DNA of 64,000 nucleotides, taken from IMG/VR virus record IMGVR_UViG_3300042309_002578, positions 32,001 to 96,000 of that record; one strand, written 5' to 3'. This document shows positions 40,878 through 52,190 of this stretch, in pieces (within the stretch, counting starts at the first letter, position 1; the number at the start of each line of letters is the position of its first letter). A program made the position numbers and the translations under genes. Under the pieces are notes generated by a model. The model searched no databases. It was given only the letters and a program-made list of their open reading frames with translations, and had not been told where the DNA came from. This DNA is from a virus.

Positions 40878-40989
40878 TTGGGGCGATAGATACTGGGGAA
40901 GAGATACAGATGGCAATGGGGAAAACCATCTTGGTAAGCTTTTGATGAAACTGCGCGAAGAGTATAGGAACGATAATCCTGTAGCTTAA
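40876..40989 (+). pseudogene. NADAR (YbiA-like) C-terminal fragment
   Basis: NWGDRYWGRDTDGNGENHLGKLLMKLREE*; fused directly to the array end. Confidence 0.8.
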
Positions 40990-41876
40990 GAATATTGATC
41001 AAATAAATTGCAAAAGATAACTATATTGCAATTTATTTGATCAATATTAATTCTATTAAAACCAATATTTGCACTATTTTTAGCGCGAAATAACAAACGG
41101 GAGATCAAAAATATATTTTGATTTTTGCTTGACTTTTTTAGTTATCCAGAGTAATATAAATATAGAGAAAAACAGTATAACAACAAAACAATGGCTAACG
41201 GAATATTCGACAAAAAGAGTATAAATTTTGAACTGATTGATGGACTTCCTGACGATCACGGCACTTATTTGTTCTTATTTGAAGATGGAACAATAAGAGA
41301 GGGATATTATAGCTCTTTCCCCCATCCAGATTGTGAGAAAGGAACGGTTAAATGGTGCGACAAAGAAAACGAGTGGTTTTATTACGAAATCGCTGTGGGT
41401 TGGTTCAAGCGTATTGAATAAAGTGGTTTGTTTAAGCGTATTGAATAAATCCAAGTTAGTTGATGCTGCTAAAAACGGTCGGCTAATAAACGTTTTTCAC
41501 TGCCAAGAAGTTAAAGAAGTTGGAGGTATTTATGTCACAAAAAAAACCTGTATTTGTAGGTGTTTTTAATCCAAACATTGGTGAAAGGTACATTAACTTA
41601 AGTCAAGTAATTGCATGGACTTTGGATGATTCAAAGTTACTGGTTACGTTACCAGGTACTTATTCTCAAAATGAGGAAGGTCAGGGAGACTGTGAATTTC
41701 TCTATTTCAGAGATACAGATATGGGGTTTGATGCTTTAGTTGAAAGGCTCAAATCTATGTCAGAAAAACTTTGGGAGGAGTAGTTGTAGTATGTGACGGG
41801 TTTGGGAATACTGGGGTAATTGTCAAAATAGACAAAACTCCAGTAGTAAGAGAAATGGCTGTTACTGACAATCAAA

Positions 41877-42467
41877 GTGATGTATTTTCGTGGAGTGCTG
41901 GGTATGAACAATAAATTGCTGGTTTCGCTCTTAGTTTTAAGCTCTTGTTTTGGTGAAGTTACACAAGAAAGTTTTGCAGTACCATCAGGATTAGATCCAA
42001 TATTAAATTTAAACGCAGTTAGAGACGGTAAAAAAATACTTTATTGTGAGCCTGACCGTGATTTTTCTAGCTGTTTTGTGTTTAACAAAACCAAAAACAA
42101 TGTAGTTGGTTTATTCTTTATGCCTGGGAATTTTAATTACAGTACCTGTTTTTACGGTCAAATCTCTAAAAAATATTCAAACATTTTAGTCGGGACTGGA
42201 TATGAAGAAGCTGAGTACGAAGAATTATTCTCTAGGAACACTTTTAAGCCAAGCATTCAGTCAGATCGATTAAAATTTAGCTATAAAAAATTTGTTATTG
42301 ACAAAACAAGAAAAAAGGTAAAATTTCTCGGTGCTACAATTAATTTCGATGCTTGGGATTCGGATCGGAGACTAAAAGAAACGCCAAGCGACTCGTATTT
42401 TTACAAAAAGAATAACTTGAAAGACTTGACTCCAGATCCAATTAATTGCTCAAAAATAAAATTTTAG
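41877..42467 (+). CDS. Secreted/lipoprotein-like hypothetical protein (likely start 41904)
   Basis: MNNKLLVSLLVLSSC signal/lipobox-like N-terminus. Confidence 0.55.
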   Translation: MMYFRGVLGMNNKLLVSLLVLSSCFGEVTQESFAVPSGLDPILNLNAVRDGKKILYCEPDRDFSSCFVFNKTKNNVVGLFFMPGNFNYSTCFYGQISKKYSNILVGTGYEEAEYEELFSRNTFKPSIQSDRLKFSYKKFVIDKTRKKVKFLGATINFDAWDSDRRLKETPSDSYFYKKNNLKDLTPDPINCSKIKF

Positions 42468-42469
42468 GA

Positions 42470-42698
42470 TTAAACAAATATTGTAATCCTCGCGCAGCAA
42501 GGCTTTTGTGTTTTAGCGATCGCTCCCCGCAGCCGTCTCCCCACCATAAACCAAATATTTGTACCAGCACCCTATCAACGCCTCGCACCATCGGTAAAAT
42601 CGACCTCCCTTTATTTTTTATTAAATAAAATATATTGTGCAAATACGCACCTGTATTAAAAAATCCCGTAATACAGGTGTAATACGAAAAATAATTTG
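42470..42698. repeat. Repeat-array element copy E (one unit joined to the last ~90 bp of leader)
   Basis: Unit motif CAGCAAGGCTTTTGTGTTTTAGCGATCGCTCCCCGCAGCCG, then leader end TACGCACCT...GTAATAC. Confidence 0.85.
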
Positions 42699-42699
42699 C

Positions 42700-45600
42700 T
42701 CACACACCGAAAGGTGCTTTAGGTGGTCTGGGCAGCCTGTACCCAATATCGCTGGGTTTTATTAGGGTTTGCCCCAACCCCCCTCTATATGTTTCCCAGT
42801 GCAAATGCGGTCCATTTGAAAGTCCTGTGCTGCCAACCAGCATTAAAGTTTGCCCTTTGGTTACTTGCTGTCCAGCCCTGACCTTGAAGCTTCCATTCCG
42901 CCCATGACTAAATGTCATAAATACAGTTTCACCTGTGTTTGGGAGTTTTAGAGCGATCGCCACCTGATTTCCATATCCGCCAATAAACTTGGTGTAAATC
43001 ACAGTCGCATTGCCTGGTGCAACTATCGGTGAACCATTTCTAGCACCAATGTCTACACCTTTGTGCATCCTTCTAACGCCTGTAACTGGATGTACCCTGT
43101 CGCCTATCCCGCTAGTTGTTGGTCCGTCTGCTGGCAAAATCAGTGAATTATTGCCAGCAGACGAAGCTTTAGGCGTGGCTTTAGGCGTGGCTTTAGGATT
43201 AATGGCATCACCTAGTGTTTGTCCTTGTATATCAGTAATTTTTGTATTCTGTACAAGATTGGGCGTTTCTGGTTCATTCATTAATGGGATATAGAATCGG
43301 ATCTTTGTCCGACCATCTTTAAAGCTGTGGCTTATCTCCTCGATTCTTAATTCAGTTGCAAACTCTTGATTAAATATTCTTGGTGATAGGGCAATTATCT
43401 CTCCAGGAACTAACAACAATGTGTCTTTCACTGTTCGCAAAGTTAAGCTTCCTTCATATCCCTTAATTCTAGAGTTTTCATTTAATAAAACATCTTGTTC
43501 TGCACCACCGTCAATTAAATCAATTGCTCCGGGGGCTACTTTGGGTAATCCGGTCGCATCATTTATATCTATTCCTGCATTTAAAGTTCCTATATTTATG
43601 CTTGAAGATAGATTTCTTGTTGTAAATATCTCATTGTTTGTTTTTTGGTTTTGGATTTTTTCTGAAAATGTAGCACCATTTTTATCTGTTTCTTCTGTTT
43701 CAATTATTGTTATTCCATCTGTGTAAGTTGTTGTAGTTTTCTTAATAGTTTTTTCTATTGCAGTCCCCATTGTGATTGTTGTCGTTTTTGTCTCAACATC
43801 TGTTATTTTCAGATACTCTTTTGTGCGTTGAGTTCTGTTTTCAACATTAACAGTTGTATTATTTGGTCTTGTAAATGTTTTTGATGTAACTTTTTCTGGC
43901 TCAACAATTTTTGACTCTCTTGGGGCTTTCTTCTGCTTGTCTAGTGCTTGACTTAATTGATTTAATTTAACAATACCAACTTTGGGTGCTGATTTGTTTG
44001 GTTTTATTATCCCACCAGAAGGTGGTGCAGACTTACCTGTAACACCGTTTGACATTGCTCCAGTCTTGTTTTCTACATTATGTTGATCAACAACACCTGT
44101 TTGTCTATTTATTGAAACCTTGTTACTTGCTCCATTCTGCTCTAATTGCGACTCCAAAACGCCTGGGATATATCTTGGTGACGCTGTTGCCTTATCTGAA
44201 AAATTGCAGCTTATAAAAAGCTCTTCATCTACAACAAATCCGGTAAACTTTGGTCTGGCATAAGGTTCAATAATTAGCTCATTTGACCTTGGGCTATCGC
44301 TGATTTTGAATCCAATTCTTCGCGCTTCTCTTTCTAAAACTTGATATACAGTCTGACCATCTTGCGGTAAATAATGGTATGACAAACCTTGCCCTTCCAT
44401 AACTAATTTAAGGTTATATTCTTCTGCAACTCTTTGTGCAAATTCTCTAAGGGTTATATTTTGAAAGCTTTGTGTTTGGGGTATTCTTGATAATTTCCAT
44501 CGCACTGACTTGCCAGAGAACGACGTTTTTTCAACACCATACTCCTTGGAGCAACTGGCTTCTGTGTGGATAAAATGAAAAGCAATTAACTGCGTAAAAC
44601 TATTAGAGCCGACCATCATTTCAATAATTAATTCAGTCCCTTTTCTGGTATCTTCCTCTGGCTGTGCCGAAGTTTTCAGTCTTTTTGTATCGTCAGAGTT
44701 TTTAGTCCCCTGCATAGTTTTCGCAAACTGCTTTAATCCCGATTTTGATTTATTTTCGGCATTTGGTGTTATTGGTGTTATTGAGCTTAATGCTTTGACA
44801 ATCCTTTGTGCATAGGGCAATAAAGCCTGTTTTAATGCTGTAAAATTATTATTCGCCACACCGCTTACAACTAAGTTTGTGAGATTGCTATTCAGTGCAT
44901 CAATTTCTAAAATTGTTAAACCTTTTGCAATAGAGCCAAGTTTCTCGTCTGGAAATCTGCGGATATCTTTCCCTGCCAGTCCCCAATAAAAACTAAAAAA
45001 ACCGAATTCTTTGGCTAGGGCTACATCCATCTCGCTCAAACTTTTACCACTTACATCGTATTTTGAGCCAGCAATAACGCCTGGTTTCCCACCACCTGGC
45101 TGGTCAAAATGCAACTCAAGAGAATATGCGCCTGTTGATTCTTTTAGTTGTTGCACACTTGTGGTGTATGCTTTCCTGGCATTATCGCCTCTTGCTGACG
45201 GTAATGGTGGTGGTGCGATTACTGTAAATCCGGCTTTTGTTAATTCGGAGCTTACCACCTGTGCTGCAATCTCAGTGGCAACAGACTCCTTTGTTCTGGT
45301 TTCGCCACCATAATTTACCGAGGTGTTGGTTGTTCCGCTTGTTCCGCTATTAATATCAAGCCGATGCCCAGATGTGACAATTATTTTCTTTGTTGCTGCA
45401 ACTTTTGGATATGGCCAATCACCAACCTTGGATTGATTTACTGTAGTTTTGGGTGAGGCATTTTTTGCCGCTGCTTTTACTCCCCCACCTTCACTTGATG
45501 CAGACTTGATCAGTTCATCAACATTGCTTAATTGCTGTCCGCGAATCTTCTCAAAACCTCCTCCGGCTCTATAAATCCTGACAGCTTCCATGTACTGTTT

Positions 45601-46449
45601 CATTTGATCTTCTCTGATGCCATTAACCATTCTTCTGGCATTGCGAAAATCCGGTTTATCCGTCAAAAGTCCAAATTGATTAATGTTTTTGTATCCAGTT
45701 GGTGGTCTACTCTTTAGAAGATAGACCGCAATTTTAGCCGCAGTGTCTGGGTTTTGCGCCAATTCTGGATTATTAACTAGGTCTAGTCCCACAGCTTTCC
45801 CTGTGGTTTCATAAACTCCGCGCCCAGTTATTTGTAGATATCCGCGTCCCTTGTATTTCACTGCCCAGTCTCTTCTGCCGTTGTTGCCGATACCCGAAAC
45901 ATTGGCGTATCGTGCAAGATAACTATCTGATCCTTGTTCCGCTAAAAAGCGGGTATCACCAACTGGATATTTTGTGGCCGCATCACCTGTTTCGTGTGAT
46001 GCGGTCGCCAATAAAAAGATTATTTGATTCTTGTTCCATCCTGCTTTTAGTGCTTCACGGACTAAAAGCATTTCATTGTCTTTCCAAGTTAATTTTGTTC
46101 CATTAGGTATTGACGATGCTGTTGGTGATACTGTTGGTGTTGTCCCATCTATTGATGTGTTTGGTACATTGTCCGGTTTCTGATCATTAATTACTTTTGA
46201 ATTAAGTAATTCACTATCTACTATAATTCCGCCAAACTTTATACTCAACGCTCTGTACTTTGCAGCAATTTTTAACCCAGGATCGTATAAAGTAAAGCTT
46301 CCGGTGCTTGATGCTTTGTTTTCGCTAAGATTTACGTTTATATCTGCTGTCAATATACCATCTCCAGATTGCCAAACATCGTCACCTATTCTTACGCGAG
46401 CTATTTTAGATGTAAATTCGTAAAAAGTCATATATTTTAATACCTTCAT
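42700..46449 (-). CDS. Baseplate hub (gpD/gp27-like) with GH19 lysozyme-like, Amidase_3 and M23 peptidase domains
   Basis: GH19: LATASHET, YKGRGYLQITGR, ARRMVNG. Amidase_3: VTSGH..E..LELHFD..ILEI. gpD-like: QDGQTVYQVLEREARRIG. M23: HKGVDIG, GPHLHWE. Confidence 0.8.
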   Translation of the reverse strand: MKVLKYMTFYEFTSKIARVRIGDDVWQSGDGILTADINVNLSENKASSTGSFTLYDPGLKIAAKYRALSIKFGGIIVDSELLNSKVINDQKPDNVPNTSIDGTTPTVSPTASSIPNGTKLTWKDNEMLLVREALKAGWNKNQIIFLLATASHETGDAATKYPVGDTRFLAEQGSDSYLARYANVSGIGNNGRRDWAVKYKGRGYLQITGRGVYETTGKAVGLDLVNNPELAQNPDTAAKIAVYLLKSRPPTGYKNINQFGLLTDKPDFRNARRMVNGIREDQMKQYMEAVRIYRAGGGFEKIRGQQLSNVDELIKSASSEGGGVKAAAKNASPKTTVNQSKVGDWPYPKVAATKKIIVTSGHRLDINSGTSGTTNTSVNYGGETRTKESVATEIAAQVVSSELTKAGFTVIAPPPLPSARGDNARKAYTTSVQQLKESTGAYSLELHFDQPGGGKPGVIAGSKYDVSGKSLSEMDVALAKEFGFFSFYWGLAGKDIRRFPDEKLGSIAKGLTILEIDALNSNLTNLVVSGVANNNFTALKQALLPYAQRIVKALSSITPITPNAENKSKSGLKQFAKTMQGTKNSDDTKRLKTSAQPEEDTRKGTELIIEMMVGSNSFTQLIAFHFIHTEASCSKEYGVEKTSFSGKSVRWKLSRIPQTQSFQNITLREFAQRVAEEYNLKLVMEGQGLSYHYLPQDGQTVYQVLEREARRIGFKISDSPRSNELIIEPYARPKFTGFVVDEELFISCNFSDKATASPRYIPGVLESQLEQNGASNKVSINRQTGVVDQHNVENKTGAMSNGVTGKSAPPSGGIIKPNKSAPKVGIVKLNQLSQALDKQKKAPRESKIVEPEKVTSKTFTRPNNTTVNVENRTQRTKEYLKITDVETKTTTITMGTAIEKTIKKTTTTYTDGITIIETEETDKNGATFSEKIQNQKTNNEIFTTRNLSSSINIGTLNAGIDINDATGLPKVAPGAIDLIDGGAEQDVLLNENSRIKGYEGSLTLRTVKDTLLLVPGEIIALSPRIFNQEFATELRIEEISHSFKDGRTKIRFYIPLMNEPETPNLVQNTKITDIQGQTLGDAINPKATPKATPKASSAGNNSLILPADGPTTSGIGDRVHPVTGVRRMHKGVDIGARNGSPIVAPGNATVIYTKFIGGYGNQVAIALKLPNTGETVFMTFSHGRNGSFKVRAGQQVTKGQTLMLVGSTGLSNGPHLHWETYRGGLGQTLIKPSDIGYRLPRPPKAPFGV

Positions 46450-47359
46450 TGAGATAATTTTATCATCAAAAATAGTGTTTGACTTTAAGTGTTATCGCCC
46501 GAACAAAAACTATTTCCATATTTCAGCATTAACACCGAAAGAAATAAACTATGAGAGCAAAATTTACTTCATTTAATCAAAACAGAACAAAATGGGAATA
46601 AATATAAACCCAGAGTCTTTTGTGGGGGACGAAATTATCTATTTATTGCAGTCAAGAGCCAATAATGCAGTCGTTGTTGTGAGCGAAAATGATGGAACTA
46701 CGCTTATTGACAATAGGCAACTTAAAATCATTCCACAAATTACTTAAAATATTTCAACATTAATATTGCATTAATATTGAAGGCGTGGTATGCTGGTTAC
46801 AGAAGAAAAACACAGGAATCAAAAACAATGACTTTAGATTTTTTGACAAAACAATTCTACCAAGAAGAGTATTTAGCAGAGTGGGAAAAATATTCACGGG
46901 CTGCAATTAATAACTGGGAGTTAGACATTAAATATTTATCAACTTTTGGGCTTAATATAGAAGACGTAAAAAAACTTTTAAAAGAGCCACTAAACTTTGA
47001 TGATTGGTGTAAGGCTGCCATCAGGATTGACAAATACACAAAACTAATAGAGCAGAGAGAAAAGATTCTTCATAGGCTAGATAATGTGTGCTCTAGAAAA
47101 TTAAATCCAGATGAAGAAATGCTAATGAATAAGCACAGCGCAAAAATATTAAAGCTTTACAAAAGAATGCTTAAGTATGAAATAATGACTCTTTGTTAAA
47201 ATATTTTGTAGTGACTTAATTTAAGTCACTACAAAATATTAATAATTTAGCACAATTAATTAATGATCACCAAAGAAAAAGGAATAGATCTAGCTAAAAT
47301 ACACTTAGGCGAATTAATAAGTTGACGGCGATTAAAACTATAATTTTATAGTTAGCACA

Positions 47360-47827
47360 ATGTGTTTAAATTCAATCAACAACAAGGAAGATACTGTGAC
47401 TACCGCATCAAAATTCTACATAGTTACACAAACAAAAGAAGTTTTTCCAGTGATCGCAGCACTGGAAAAATGTATAAGACATTTAATTCTTGCAGATCAA
47501 TCATTTTATAATCAGTTGCCTGGATTTCCAAGGTTCGAGATAACGCCATCTCTAAAAATGGTAAATGTCATTTTTAACTATTTGGGGCTTACAAAGAACC
47601 TTATGATTCAGTTTCATTCTGACGAGGACGAGATTAACGGTGATAATTACCCGAAGATATTTTTTACTTTACACCACAATTATTCTGAAGGCGGAGAACT
47701 AGAATGCCTTAAAAAAATTTGCACCCTTATCTGCAACAGCCACAACTTGTTTGATTGGGTGGAAAGCGTCTGGTTCTGCGAAAGTGACGTTGATGGCGAA
47801 GAATACACTAAAGTGTTCGACAATTGA
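47360..47827 (+). CDS. Hypothetical protein
   Basis: 155-aa ORF. Confidence 0.55.
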   Translation: MCLNSINNKEDTVTTASKFYIVTQTKEVFPVIAALEKCIRHLILADQSFYNQLPGFPRFEITPSLKMVNVIFNYLGLTKNLMIQFHSDEDEINGDNYPKIFFTLHHNYSEGGELECLKKICTLICNSHNLFDWVESVWFCESDVDGEEYTKVFDN

Positions 47828-48071
47828 GGCGTTTATTCTGCAAAAGTAACGCTTGACCTTGTTTGTTAGCCGTAGTAATATTAAAATACAGAAAACAAAA
47901 AACCACGACTAAGACTTTTACAATCCTCAGAGGCTTTACAGGCAATGGCAAATTAGTACATAGAACATATAAAAAAGCTATCTAAACATTTGTAAGGGTA
48001 GCTTTTTATATGCTTGACTTTTTTTGTTAGCTACAGTAATATGTTTAAAAAACCAATAAAAAAAGGCAACA

Positions 48072-48611
48072 ATGTCTACGCCCAAAATAACTGTAATTGA
48101 CGAACATGACTGCTTTGGTCAGATTAAAGAATTTGTATCCGCAAATCCACAAATCATAAAACCAAAATACTTTATTGCACCGAATAAAAATTTTTTACAG
48201 TCAATGACGGAAATTTGTCTTCAATCTAATCTCGTTATTATCCACCGTCACATTTGGTTGGACGACTGTCACAAAAACGATAAGCCTTGTCAACAAATAG
48301 TGGCAGAACTAAAAAAACAAATTGCACCAATTCCAATTATTGAAGTTGGCGGAGATGCAGTAGATGCAAAACGGTGTCCAAGTGATATGCTTGCTGCATT
48401 TACTCAAATTGCGATCGCAGTTAAAAACCTGGGAACACTGATAGGGGCGCAAGTGTCGCACCCAAGCCCAGCTTACAACGGCGGATTGATGACTGTCTCT
48501 AAAATAGAGATGTTAGGAAACGGAACAATTGGTGCTACCCTCAAAAACAACACTGGAGAAGAAAGAAAATATTACTCGCTGCAAAACCTGTCGGCTTACG
48601 CCACTAATTGA
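48072..48611 (+). CDS. Hypothetical protein
   Basis: After conserved promoter at 48014; followed by a long hairpin. Confidence 0.65.
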   Translation: MSTPKITVIDEHDCFGQIKEFVSANPQIIKPKYFIAPNKNFLQSMTEICLQSNLVIIHRHIWLDDCHKNDKPCQQIVAELKKQIAPIPIIEVGGDAVDAKRCPSDMLAAFTQIAIAVKNLGTLIGAQVSHPSPAYNGGLMTVSKIEMLGNGTIGATLKNNTGEERKYYSLQNLSAYATN

Positions 48612-48679
48612 TACTTTCGCTTATTTAATATAAAAACAGGGATGCCAATACACACTAGCATCCCTGTTTTTATATTAAA

Positions 48680-49805
48680 TAACATATTGCAATCCCCACA
48701 CAACAAGGGTTTCGTGTTTTTGGCAATATTCCCCGCAGCCGTTCCCCCCAAGCCGCAAACCAACCATTTGCACCAACGCCCTAACAACGCCCGTGCCACC
48801 GGCTAAAAACCTAAAATCTGCCCAGTCTTGTCGGTAAAAACATATTGCAATCCCCGCACAGCAAGGGTTTCGTGTTTTTGGCAATATTCCCCCGCAGCCG
48901 TTCCCCCAAGCCGCAAACCAACCATTTGCACCAACGCCCTAACAACGCCCGTGCCACCAGCTAAAAACCTAAAATCTGCCCAGTCTTGTCGGTAAAAACA
49001 TATTGCAATCCCCGCACAGCAAGGGTTTCGTGTTTTTGGCAATATTCCCCCGCAGCCGTTCCCCCCAAGCCGCAAACCAACCATTTGCACCAACGCCCTA
49101 ACAACGCCCGTGCCACCGGCTTAAAAACCTAAAATCTGTCCAGCCTTGGCGACAAAAAACATATTGCAATCCCCGCACAGCAAGGGTTTCGTGTTTTTGG
49201 CAATATTCCCCCGCAGCCGTCCCCAAAATCCACGAACCAAACATTTGTACCAACACCCCACTAACACCCGTGCCACCGGCTAAAAACCCAAAATCTGCCC
49301 TAGCTTTGTCGGTAAAAACATATTGCAATCCCTATGTAGCAAGGACTTTGTGTTTTTGGCAATATTCCCCCGCAGCCGTCCCATTTGTACCAACACCTCA
49401 CTAACACCCGTGCCACCGGCTAAAAAACCTAAAATCTGCACCAACTTTGGTGACAAAACATATTGCAATCCCCGCGCAGTAAGGCTTCCAGCTTTGTCGG
49501 TATTTCCCCCGCAGCCGTCTCCAAACCGGCAAAACAGACATTCATTCCCAGCCTGGACTAACGCCGATAAAATCAAAATCTTGTAACACGCCTCAAACCC
49601 GCATTCTCTCGTTAAAAAATCTGTGGCGGATTATAACATAAGGTGTGTCAAAAGTAAAGGGAAGATACAAAGAAAAAAGGGCAATTTCCTATAAGAAAGT
49701 GATCATCTTCCCAATTTTATTTTTGATTAAAATCAAAAAATTATGCAAGTACGCACCTATGTCTAAAATTCTTGTAATACGTTTGTAATATAAAAATGAT
49801 TTTGA
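48680..49805. repeat. Repeat-array element copy F: 6 units plus leader
   Basis: Anchors at 48683, 48841, 48999, 49160, 49319, 49459; promoter 49814 follows. Confidence 0.95.
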
Positions 49806-49879
49806 AAGCAGGGTTGACTTTATTTGTTAACCATAGCAATATATATTCAGTAAAGAAAAACAAAAAAGCGAAGAAAAAC

Positions 49880-50212
49880 ATGGATGCTACAAAAGTAGAA
49901 AAAATTGTAACCCTGATAAAAGAGTTTATTGACCATGCCAACATAACAATTTGGGAAGAAGAAAGTTATATAACTCTTATTACTTATTCAGGGAGAAATA
50001 TGTTTGGGCAGTTTTGCTACGCGATAGTAGCACCAGGAAGCGAACAATATCAAGATTTTGTAAGCGACCTTGAAGATTACGCTAACGAGAAAGAAATAGA
50101 AATTGACAAGAAGGATTTAAGAGAATTGAGAAAACCAGGAAGAGACACCCTTGGGTGTAGCAGTGTTTTTTATCTTCCCATACTTAAAAAAATTGACGGA
50201 CTTGAGCCTTAG
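49880..50212 (+). CDS. Hypothetical protein
   Basis: ATG after promoter 49814; YSGRNMFGQFC and DTLG motifs. Confidence 0.6.
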   Translation: MDATKVEKIVTLIKEFIDHANITIWEEESYITLITYSGRNMFGQFCYAIVAPGSEQYQDFVSDLEDYANEKEIEIDKKDLRELRKPGRDTLGCSSVFYLPILKKIDGLEP

Positions 50213-50288
50213 TAATAATTTTTAATTTTGGCAAATAATAAACCGACAAGATTAAATCTTGTCGGTTTATTATTCATTGTTAAAAATT

Positions 50289-51008
50289 TTATGTTTGTGC
50301 GCTTTTTTCCGTGGATTTCTTTTTTCTTCTTTCTCGCATATAATTCCTCATATATTCAGTCCTATCTCTTGCTCTATCTCTCTCGCGCTGCCTTTCCTGC
50401 ACTTCAGGTCTAGCTTTGTATTTTTTCATGTACCTTTTTTTCGCTTCTTTTCCTTTCTCAGTTGCAAAATATTTTTTAATTGCTTTGTTTGTAGCATCTC
50501 TACCTTTTTTGCTCATTCTATACTTCCTTAATGCTTCTTTACCTTTTTCAGTTGCAAGATATTTTCTAGAAGAATTAGATTGTTTGGCTCTTTTTATGTC
50601 TTCGTTTTCTTCTGCATCATTAAAAAATATTGCTTTCCCAAAATGATGGATAGATATAGCGATATATCGTGAATAATATATTGTTATATCCTCTTTCTCA
50701 CTTTTATCTTTTTTATTAAGTTGGCACACCCAAAATCCGTCTGGCAATTTTTCTGCAATTGACAAAATGTTACCAAATTCATCAAAAAATCCCATTCCAA
50801 TTTCTATTTCTTTGGCAATATTTTCTATAGATTTTTGACTAGTATCATCTGTGCTGTCTTTTACGCTTGAAGATATTTTTATAGATGAAAATATAACAAC
50901 CTCAAGTGGATCATTTGTATTTACACACTTCCATGATCTTTTATTTAGCTCTACTGTTTTCCATGTTTTGCCGTCAGCCTTGAAAACAAGATTTTTTTGT
51001 ATTTTCAC
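50289..51008 (-). CDS. Hypothetical protein with basic repeated C-terminus
   Basis: KY.ATEKGKEA repeats. Confidence 0.55.
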   Translation of the reverse strand: MKIQKNLVFKADGKTWKTVELNKRSWKCVNTNDPLEVVIFSSIKISSSVKDSTDDTSQKSIENIAKEIEIGMGFFDEFGNILSIAEKLPDGFWVCQLNKKDKSEKEDITIYYSRYIAISIHHFGKAIFFNDAEENEDIKRAKQSNSSRKYLATEKGKEALRKYRMSKKGRDATNKAIKKYFATEKGKEAKKRYMKKYKARPEVQERQRERDRARDRTEYMRNYMRERRKKKSTEKSAQT

Positions 51009-51742
51009 TTTTCACTCCTCGTCGTTAATATTTTAATTCCAATAGCTATAACCCATATTATTAGTAATGGAGCAAATCCATCAAGATTAAATGTCGGTTT
51101 ATACCCCTCTGAATACTGTTGATATTGATCCCTTTCAAGTTTATATTTTCCCAGATCTCTTTCTGTTCTTCCTTGTGATTGCCACAGAGGAATAATGGTG
51201 CTTGCAGTAGACGTAATTATAATACCGCCAACCAGTGAGCATCCCATTGAATCATTGTATTCTTTGTTTAAAAAGTGCGATACTGATTTTACTCCACAGT
51301 ACACAATTCCAATCCCAGGTAGCACAAACCCTGCACCTAATGATGCAGTAGTCAAAACTGAAACTTTTATAATTCCAGAAGTCAAGTACCAAGTTCCAAA
51401 TGCCGAAGAAATTACAGAAAAATTCCTCCAGTTTCTTTGTGTTGAGGTTTCCGCCTCTTTCTCAATTATTCCGTAGTCAAAAATTTGCCTAACTTCTGGT
51501 GATTTGTACTCTTTCCTTGGCAAATACAAATCATTGGTAACCAAATTTTTAGTTGCCGATTTTAACCCTTGCACCAAGGCTGAATTAACTTGTTGTGCCG
51601 ACACAACAATATCTTGTTGTTGTTCAAATTCATCTTTCATTTTTGTTATTACTAGCAAAATAATATTATATATTACTTGGTAAACATCTGTCAAGTGTTT
51701 GTTGTCTGTAGATAGTCGCACCAAGCTTAAACTAAATATCAA
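51005..51742 (-). CDS. Membrane protein
   Basis: Several TM segments; likely start 51640. Confidence 0.55.
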   Translation of the reverse strand: MIFSLSLVRLSTDNKHLTDVYQVIYNIILLVITKMKDEFEQQQDIVVSAQQVNSALVQGLKSATKNLVTNDLYLPRKEYKSPEVRQIFDYGIIEKEAETSTQRNWRNFSVISSAFGTWYLTSGIIKVSVLTTASLGAGFVLPGIGIVYCGVKSVSHFLNKEYNDSMGCSLVGGIIITSTASTIIPLWQSQGRTERDLGKYKLERDQYQQYSEGYKPTFNLDGFAPLLIIWVIAIGIKILTTRSEK

Positions 51743-52190
51743 TATTGCACAATAATATTGAGTTTATATTGTGTTATAATTAATTTGTGACCAAACACAA
51801 AGAACATTACAGCTATGTCATCACACTTCGTTATTGAAAAACAAGGTATAGAATACACAGTTTCTTGTAATAATACGCACACAAACATAACCGTTGTAAT
51901 TATAAACGGCAATATTGTTGGTGAATTTACAAAACTGGACGATGGTAGCTACGCTGCAAAAGTAATTAACGGATCTGACTCTGTGCCAAAAGATACGTAT
52001 AGGATGGCAGAGCAGTATATTATAGATCAGTATTTTTCTGTATTCAGAAATGCCAGGGGCTTATTTAAAAAGCAAAAACAGACAAAAAGAAGATACGGCA
52101 CACCAGCTTAAAATTCAAAATATTATAGCAATATTGTTTTTTTATTTAAAAATATTGCTATAATATTGTAACAAAATATGAGAGGATAAA

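Noticed and set aside
47197-47241. Long palindromes (also 3530-3572, 6237-6290, 40991-41048) as telomere-resolution sites
   Set aside because: Similar long hairpins follow many genes and fit bidirectional terminators or operators; no protelomerase seen.
48680-49520. CRISPR array interpretation of the tandem repeats
   Set aside because: Whole ~158-bp units are homologous, there are no unique spacers, and no cas genes are in the window.
48596-49586. Short ORFs over the repeat arrays (also 9916-10634, 21796-22005, 40463-41002)
   Set aside because: Unit-length indels shift frames between copies; no consistent start or frame.
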